Positions 58,133 to 64,000 of a DNA stretch of 64,000 nucleotides are shown here, in pieces. The stretch spans positions 672,001 through 736,000 of the forward strand of contig OY760175.1 of NCBI GenBank assembly GCA_963663165.1. The letters are read 5' to 3'. How positions within the stretch are numbered: the stretch's first letter is position 1; every line of letters starts with the position of its first letter. The translations under genes and the position numbers were made by a program. This DNA is from an uncultured Desulfospira sp. (GTDB lineage: Bacteria; Desulfobacterota; Desulfobacteria; Desulfobacterales; Desulfobacteraceae). The notes under the pieces were generated by a model. That model was not told where the DNA came from, ran no database searches, and saw nothing but the letters and a program-made list of their open reading frames with translations.

Positions 58133-59647
58133 TTATTCCTCGAACCCGGACGGGCCGGCAAACACCGGTCTGATTTCAGGATTGTCCGGCTTGTTTTTCC
58201 AGATATGGTCCAGAAAGAAAAACTCAAAATCATCCTGTTCAAATACCTCGGTATCCCCGGGAAGGGGCGGGATTTCCCCCGGGTTCATGGGCTTGACCAG
58301 CCGGGGGGTAATCATGATGACCAGTTCGGTTTCTTCCTTGATATACTCTTTGGTTCTGAATGCCGCCCCCACAACGGGCAGATCACCGAGCAAAGGGACT
58401 TTATTGACCGTTGAGCTGATGTTTTCCATGAGAAGGCCGGCAATGGCAAAGGTCTGGCCGTCCTTGAGCATGAGGGTGCTTTCGGCCTCCCGGGTGGTGA
58501 CCCCCGGAACCGTGGCGCCGCCGGAGGTGACCGATGTGGAATAATCCACATCACTGACCCTGGTTTCCACGGTTAAATGGATGGTGTCTTTGGCGATCAC
58601 CGTGGGGCAGAAGGTCAGCTCCACGCCGTATTCCTGATTGCTGACGGTCACACTGCCGTCACTGCCGGAGACAGGAATGGGAAATGATCCCCCCACCAGG
58701 AAACTGGCTTCCTGACCGCTCATGGCCACCAGAGTAGGGCGGGCCTTGACTGTTGCAAGCCCCTGGCTTTTGAGCAGGCTTAAAATCCCGGAAACATCAT
58801 CACTGAGCAAGGTAAATGCCAGTTGGAATGCATTGGCAAAAGGGGTTGCCATGGTAAATTCGGATGTGCTGTCAATACTGATATCGCTGGCGCCCACTGT
58901 TCCGGAAGCATAGTCTTCAATGGTAGACGACTGAGAAGTACCAGAGCTTTTAGAAGTTCCGCTCCAGGTCATGCTCGGTCCGTCCGCCCCGGGGGGCACC
59001 AGGCCGATCCCCAGTTCACTGCCGCTGGAATATCCAAAGATGTTAAGCCCATACCGCTTAATGGCAGACTTGGACACCTCCACAATCTTGGCTTCCAGCT
59101 GAACCTGCTGGGAGCCGGTCACCGTCATCATGTTTTTGATGCTTTCAGGGCTGGCAAAGGCTTCCAGGACCCCGAGCACCCGCTCCATGGTCCTTGTATC
59201 CTCCAGACGGCCGGATACCATAAGCATGCCAAAGGCGCTTTCCACAGTTACCGTTGCCTCGGGGACCAGGGCAGCCAGTTGCCGTTTGATTTCAAAGGTA
59301 TCGTACTTGACGCTGACATGATACACCTGGGTCGACCCGTCCTCATACCATAAAATCAGGTTGGTGGAACCCACACTGGTGGCATTGATCAGGATTTTAT
59401 TCTGGCTTAAGGCCCTGACATCGGCGGTTTCAGGTTTGCCCACAATCACCCGGGAAACGCTGTCCCGGGTATCCAGAACAAAGGACATGCCGGCGGTCAA
59501 TTCCAGACGCTGTGCATCTTTCATGGTCACGCCGTCCAGAACCGGTTCGGCAACCCCTGCCGCCGGAAAACTTAACAAGAACAGCCCGGTACAAAAAAAC
59601 AGCCAAACCGGGCCTGACAAAAACCAATTGTATTTCTTAGGGGTCAT
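58133..59647 (-). CDS. cpaC: Tad secretin CpaC/RcpA
   Basis: Signal peptide, pilus-formation N domain (VGSTNLILW), QQVQLEAKIVEVS, SGQEASFLVGG.FPIP, KVPLLGDLP, ETELVIMITPRLV. Confidence 0.93.
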   Translation of the reverse strand: MTPKKYNWFLSGPVWLFFCTGLFLLSFPAAGVAEPVLDGVTMKDAQRLELTAGMSFVLDTRDSVSRVIVGKPETADVRALSQNKILINATSVGSTNLILWYEDGSTQVYHVSVKYDTFEIKRQLAALVPEATVTVESAFGMLMVSGRLEDTRTMERVLGVLEAFASPESIKNMMTVTGSQQVQLEAKIVEVSKSAIKRYGLNIFGYSSGSELGIGLVPPGADGPSMTWSGTSKSSGTSQSSTIEDYASGTVGASDISIDSTSEFTMATPFANAFQLAFTLLSDDVSGILSLLKSQGLATVKARPTLVAMSGQEASFLVGGSFPIPVSGSDGSVTVSNQEYGVELTFCPTVIAKDTIHLTVETRVSDVDYSTSVTSGGATVPGVTTREAESTLMLKDGQTFAIAGLLMENISSTVNKVPLLGDLPVVGAAFRTKEYIKEETELVIMITPRLVKPMNPGEIPPLPGDTEVFEQDDFEFFFLDHIWKNKPDNPEIRPVFAGPSGFEE

Positions 59648-59672
59648 TATTTATCCTTAAACTGATTGCTGC

Positions 59673-60092
59673 TCAGCGGGCATTATAAAGGGAGTTTGAG
59701 GCAGAGGAATTCAGGCCCCTGATCACATCGACCTCCAGTGAGGGCCAGTCCGGCTGCACCACCCGGATTTCCAGAAAGTCTTTGGTTCCGTCTTCGTACC
59801 AGACAATGCACATGGTCGATCCCATTTTCCGGCCGTCAATGACCATTTCATAGGGAGAAATCACCTTGACTTCGGCTATTTCCGTATCATTGATGGAGAT
59901 TATTTTAACCGGGCTTGGCCTTTGGGGGCGAAGCATCTTGATAAAATAAGGACGGGAGTGTTTTTCAGGCACATAAATGGTGGTTGCGGCCAGGGACCGG
60001 CTTTGTCCGGCCCAGGCCGTTGCGCTTATGGTGAAAAGAACAAGAATACCGGCTAACAACAGGTACCCCATGCTCAGCCTGTGGTGTTTCAT
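59673..60092 (-). CDS. Stand-alone secretin/pilus-formation N-terminal domain protein
   Basis: Signal peptide; ISINDTEIAEV...IDGRKMGSTMCIVWYEDG resembles the CpaC N domain (VGKPETADV...VGSTNLILWYEDG). Confidence 0.75.
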   Translation of the reverse strand: MKHHRLSMGYLLLAGILVLFTISATAWAGQSRSLAATTIYVPEKHSRPYFIKMLRPQRPSPVKIISINDTEIAEVKVISPYEMVIDGRKMGSTMCIVWYEDGTKDFLEIRVVQPDWPSLEVDVIRGLNSSASNSLYNAR

Positions 60093-60117
60093 GGATGATT
60101 CTCCTGCAAATGGCCCA

Positions 60118-61488
60118 TTAAAAGGCCTCCTTATTGTACCGTTTGGTTTCCTTTTTCATGCCCGGTGTAAACACGGTGATGTCATGATAAGGGGAACTTT
60201 CCTTATAAAATACCCGGCTGCTTTTTTCCCCGCCGGTCTCAACAATATGGTCATCGCCCAGTTTTCTGACGATCAATTTGACATGGTCTGACGTATGGGA
60301 AATCACGGCCAGTTTTTCCGCCTGTTCCGGGGATACCACCAGGGTCACCCGTTTGGTGGACCAGGCGGATGCCCAGGAACCTTCTTCCCACCGGTTTTCC
60401 GGGGCTTGTTCTTTTGTTTCTTTGGCCGGGTCCGGCATATCCTCCCGGGTTGCCAAAGGGGCTCTGATTTCACTGGAAAGCTGGGTATCCTCTTCCACAA
60501 AAAGAATTTCAAGGTTCTGCATCAAAATCTTGGAAACGGTGAATTCGCCGGTCACCATGGCATCGGCTCCCGGCACATTCCGGCCCTGCAAAGCGGTTCC
60601 CTTAAAATCGTGGGTGGCCATTAAATCCACCCGCTGGCCGGGCCGCAGAAAACCGCAGATGCCGTCTTCATCATTGACACGGATGGTAATGGCCCGTTTG
60701 CCCACAGCAATTTTTGACTGGAGTCTTTCGTTGACCTCATCGGCCATTTGTGACAGTTCCTGCCGGGTTTTGGCCCCCAATTGTGCCGAATAAATAACCG
60801 GCTCGCCAACGGCGTTGTTGTCGTCCCGGCTGTCCCTTCTGACCAGCGTCAAAGCGGCATTCTGGGCGGCCGACAGGATACAGGCCTCATTTCTGGTCAA
60901 CACCAGGGCCACCCCCTGATTTGTTTTCCGGCTGCCTTTGGCCCACAGGGACTCTTCTTTCCCATCAGGCTTTGAACCATCGGTATCATGCACCCTGACC
61001 CCGGACAGAATAATCCGGGAGATCCGCCGGCCGTTTTTTGAGCCAAGAGAGCCTGAGGCGATGACATCGACTTTGTCTCCGGGTTCAAGCAGTCCATTGA
61101 GTGCGGCATCCGGCGTGATGCTGATGCGGACCACACACATCCCGGGGGCTATCCCGTCTTCTACGGGCTCCGGGGCCTTGACGAAATCGGGTTTTAAACG
61201 GTTCTGATGAATGGGCTCTCCTAAGTTAAACCCTTTGGCTGCGATCCGCCCTTCAACCGTTGATATGTTGGTGAAAAGCCCTTTGGGAATGACAGGCGAG
61301 GTCCAGGTGATCCGTTTTAGATTAAGGGATGTGAGCGTTTCTCCCGCCTTTATCTGAGTGGCGGCCACCACGACCCGGCGTTTTGGGGCAGGCTTTTTAA
61401 CCATAAACCGGGATGCCAGGTTGGCGGCCAGAAATGCCACCGCCAGTGTACCGACGATTATCAATATGCCTTGTTTTTTAATCAACAA
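60118..61488 (-). CDS. cpaB: Flp pilus assembly protein CpaB/RcpC (SAF + two RcpC domains)
   Basis: VVVAATQIKAG SAF; GLLEPGDKVDVI and GFLRPGQRVDLM; TTG start. Confidence 0.88.
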   Translation of the reverse strand: MLIKKQGILIIVGTLAVAFLAANLASRFMVKKPAPKRRVVVAATQIKAGETLTSLNLKRITWTSPVIPKGLFTNISTVEGRIAAKGFNLGEPIHQNRLKPDFVKAPEPVEDGIAPGMCVVRISITPDAALNGLLEPGDKVDVIASGSLGSKNGRRISRIILSGVRVHDTDGSKPDGKEESLWAKGSRKTNQGVALVLTRNEACILSAAQNAALTLVRRDSRDDNNAVGEPVIYSAQLGAKTRQELSQMADEVNERLQSKIAVGKRAITIRVNDEDGICGFLRPGQRVDLMATHDFKGTALQGRNVPGADAMVTGEFTVSKILMQNLEILFVEEDTQLSSEIRAPLATREDMPDPAKETKEQAPENRWEEGSWASAWSTKRVTLVVSPEQAEKLAVISHTSDHVKLIVRKLGDDHIVETGGEKSSRVFYKESSPYHDITVFTPGMKKETKRYNKEAF

Positions 61489-62910
61489 TCAGTTCTCCTG
61501 AGTACGATAGGTCTTTGAGGGGGCAGATCCGGTTTTCTGATGGGGCAGCAGATGGTTGGGCTCTGGTTTTTCAGGCAGAAAATCTTCCTGGTCAAAGGTC
61601 ATTCCCCATTCTTTTGATCCGTAATAATACTCTACCGTGTAGTACTGTTTGTCTTTCCAGAACATGTCTGTGAGCTTTTCCCCTCTGGTGTGTACAATGC
61701 CCTGATCTTTTGAGTTTCTGACGATCAATTTAATGTACTGGCTGTTGTAAATGGTAACGAGTTTTTCAGCCACATCCGGAGAAACCAGAAAAGTAACCTG
61801 GCCGATGACACTGCCTTTTTTGGAACCGGCCTGCCGGCTGATTTTTGACCCACCGGCATTGCCGGTGCCCATGGCCGCTTTTTTGTCACTTGAACCGGGC
61901 ATGTCCGATTCCGGTGTCCCGGTGAGAGACTGCACCTCTAAAATTTCAAGGTTCTGCAGGATGATCCGTGCCGTTTTGGATGTATTCAACAAGGTGGCCT
62001 TGGCACCGGGCTGGTCTCCCTGGGATGAAATGTTGCCGGCAAAACTGATGCCCATGACATCCACCCGGTTGCCCGGGCGCAGAAAACCGCAGATACCGTC
62101 GTCATCTTTAAAGCTTAAGGTCATGGCCCGGCGGCCCTTATCCATTCTCAGGTCCCAGCCCTGAATCCTTTCCTGGTCTTTTTGGGCAATGCCGGACCGG
62201 GTGTCGGGACCGTTTTCAAGGGAAAACACCACCGCATCAAGTTCCGGGGCAGGGCGGCCGCCGGTTGGCGTCAGCCTGGACAGGGTTAAGGGGCTTGACC
62301 GGAACAGGGCCAGAATGCGGGCCTGTTCCGGATTAAGGTTAAAGGTGACAATGATTTTTGAGGCCCGGCTTGATTTTCCGGTGCTTTGGGGTGTTCCCAC
62401 GTCCATGACCGTTACACTGGACAGGATGCATCGGGCAACCTGCCGGGTATTTCCCTGGCTCAAAGAATCCTTGGCAATCACATCCACTAGGTCGCCGGGC
62501 TTAAGCATTCCGGCAAGTCCTGAAACGGGATCAACTTCAAGGCTTGCGATCCTCATCCCGGTATCGGACGGGCCAAGCCACTCAATGGGCTCGGGCGTTG
62601 TGGGGGTGCCCGGGGCGCTGAGCCGGGAACCGGTTATGGGCTCTCCGGTGTAAATGTATTCGTTGGCCACACGGCCTTCAAGATCCTTAAGGCCATCAAA
62701 GGTATCTTTGGGCCGGGCCGATTCCGGCCATTGTTGAAGCTGCATATGATGGGCTTCGATCCGGGTGCCGGCCGGGATATCCCGGGCCGCAACAACCAGC
62801 TTAACGTGACGGCCTGACGGCCCTTTGCTCTGCCGGGTTAACAGATTCCCGGCAAGGGCGGCCACGGCCACGGCAGCAATGATGATCACAATGCCACGCA
62901 CTTTAATCAC
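61489..62910 (-). CDS. cpaB: Flp pilus assembly protein CpaB/RcpC (SAF + two RcpC domains), paralogue
   Basis: LVVAARDIPAG SAF; GMLKPGDLVDVI and GFLRPGNRVDVM; GTG start. Confidence 0.88.
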   Translation of the reverse strand: MIKVRGIVIIIAAVAVAALAGNLLTRQSKGPSGRHVKLVVAARDIPAGTRIEAHHMQLQQWPESARPKDTFDGLKDLEGRVANEYIYTGEPITGSRLSAPGTPTTPEPIEWLGPSDTGMRIASLEVDPVSGLAGMLKPGDLVDVIAKDSLSQGNTRQVARCILSSVTVMDVGTPQSTGKSSRASKIIVTFNLNPEQARILALFRSSPLTLSRLTPTGGRPAPELDAVVFSLENGPDTRSGIAQKDQERIQGWDLRMDKGRRAMTLSFKDDDGICGFLRPGNRVDVMGISFAGNISSQGDQPGAKATLLNTSKTARIILQNLEILEVQSLTGTPESDMPGSSDKKAAMGTGNAGGSKISRQAGSKKGSVIGQVTFLVSPDVAEKLVTIYNSQYIKLIVRNSKDQGIVHTRGEKLTDMFWKDKQYYTVEYYYGSKEWGMTFDQEDFLPEKPEPNHLLPHQKTGSAPSKTYRTQEN

Positions 62911-62969
62911 AGCCGGATCCTTTTTTGTTTTGTATGATCAAATTTGCCTTCATTTTAGGGTTTCCCTGT

Positions 62970-63380
62970 TCACGGATACACCGCCACCGATGTGGAAGAA
63001 ACGCGAGACGGTATCATGCCCGCCGGGAAATAGCCGGTCAGTGACTGGTATGGGAAATTGGCCAACTCAAGTTTTGCCCGGTCCGGATCTGACAATTGGT
63101 CAATGCAAAGGTAGGGTTCAAGGGTCGCGGCATCGACTTCCCCGTCCAGGGCCTGAACCATTGCCGACACCGCAATATCTTTGGGGCTTTCATAGCCGCT
63201 TTCCTTGACCACGGCCCTGGTGGCGCAGGCCAGGGCATTGTCCAATGCAATTTTGGTCTTAAAAAACCAGCCGTACTCCACGATGCCCAGAAGAAAGGTC
63301 ATCAGCAGGGGCAATACCAGTGCAAACTCAATGGCGGAAACCCCTTTTTCACATGTCAGCCTGATGTTCATTTTTTTCAT
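62970..63380 (-). CDS. tadE: TadE-family pseudopilin
   Basis: KGVSAIEFALVLPLL..FLLGIVEYG. Confidence 0.9.
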   Translation of the reverse strand: MKKMNIRLTCEKGVSAIEFALVLPLLMTFLLGIVEYGWFFKTKIALDNALACATRAVVKESGYESPKDIAVSAMVQALDGEVDAATLEPYLCIDQLSDPDRAKLELANFPYQSLTGYFPAGMIPSRVSSTSVAVYP

Positions 63381-63450
63381 TTTTCTTTAAACGGTTAAGG
63401 GCGTTAATTCATATGGCCTTTCATTCTTGTGTCATTTCCCGCCGGGTCCT

Positions 63451-63903
63451 TTAAGGAAAGGAAAAAACCGCCCGGCTGTGAAGCCTTTTGGGCACAAAGG
63501 CTTGGGGAAGAAACCCGACCAGCGGGGTATAGGCATAGTTTTCAATGGTGACAATAATCCGTCTGGGAAGGGGAGGCCCCTGGTCCTCGCCGGCGGCCTG
63601 GATCTCAACATCAATGTTGTCATCAGACAGGGTCCCAATGATATCAAAAGTGTCCTTGACCGAATCTCTGGCCCTGGACTCAATTTCGCCGGGGGGTTCA
63701 TCGGGCATCCGGAGCGCCGTCCGTGCCCCCTTTGCCACGGCATGGGAGAGCAGAATCTGGGAGGTCATGACCCACCCATATTCGATAATCCCCATGAAAA
63801 TGGCAAAAAAGAACGGCATGACCAGGGCAAACTCCACCGCGGAGGTTCCCCCCTCGTTTTTGCCCCTGACACCGGATTTTGAATATGGCCAATGCCTAAT
63901 CAT
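63451..63903 (-). CDS. tadE: TadE-family pseudopilin
   Basis: GTSAVEFALVMPFF..IFMGIIEYG...AVAKGAR. Confidence 0.9.
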   Translation of the reverse strand: MIRHWPYSKSGVRGKNEGGTSAVEFALVMPFFFAIFMGIIEYGWVMTSQILLSHAVAKGARTALRMPDEPPGEIESRARDSVKDTFDIIGTLSDDNIDVEIQAAGEDQGPPLPRRIIVTIENYAYTPLVGFLPQAFVPKRLHSRAVFSFP

Positions 63904-63926
63904 ATCGTCAGCCGTGAAACATCAGG

Positions 63927-64000
63927 TTAAATCACCGGCCCTGCCGTCAAATAACAGCAGAACCCCATCGCCATAGCGGCGGCATAGGGGACCCCCCGGC
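63927..64000 (-). CDS. C-terminal end of a probable CpaA/TadV prepilin peptidase (partial)
   Basis: Minus-strand frame reads RGVPYAAAMAMGFCCYLTAGPVI*; a (G)VPY(A/G)xA ending is typical of A24 peptidases; directly upstream of tadE. Confidence 0.55.
   Translation of the reverse strand, partial: RGVPYAAAMAMGFCCYLTAGPVI

Noticed and set aside
47633..58242. Longer N-termini given by the ORF track for several genes (starts at 48460, 50759, 51908, 58242; likewise 45827 and 32406)
   Set aside because: Downstream ATGs have better RBS or domain starts; the extensions overlap terminators, leaders or neighbouring genes.

Overview
Chromosomal segment that probably comes from a sulfate-reducing Desulfobacterota (Desulfobacteraceae-like). 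This is inferred from gene content (rubrerythrin/desulfoferrodoxin, CbiK, deltaproteobacterial pilA with xap-like genes). About 1-35.6 kb is mostly housekeeping: Ski2-like helicase, valS, lepA, rbr-dfx, pfaD, xerD, xerC, coaBC, hslVU, argBDFH, folK and transaldolase. It also holds a type IV pilin locus, an acidic-repeat/FGE-domain protein divergent from an orphan ParA operon, and a PopZ/RomR-like gene upstream of valS. A tRNA-Gly/tRNA-Cys pair carries a ~2.2 kb mini integrative element (tyrosine integrase + Uma2 nuclease) bounded by a 96-bp direct repeat. From 39 kb to the end lies a cobalamin-centred locus with three B12 riboswitches. One drives a BtuF-CbiZ fusion/BtuFCD/CbiK operon, and two each drive a cNMP-domain+AraC regulator. 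Between the two regulators sit a secreted beta-propeller-like protein with a C-terminal dockerin, a cohesin-like PEP-CTERM surface protein and a TadG-like gene. All of these lie at the end of a Tad/Flp pilus cluster with two unusual double-RcpC CpaB proteins. The best candidate for an undescribed system is this cellulosome-style cohesin-dockerin surface module under apparent B12 control and linked to Tad pili. Several families of short intergenic repeats are also present. All calls come from motif reading; no database searches were run.
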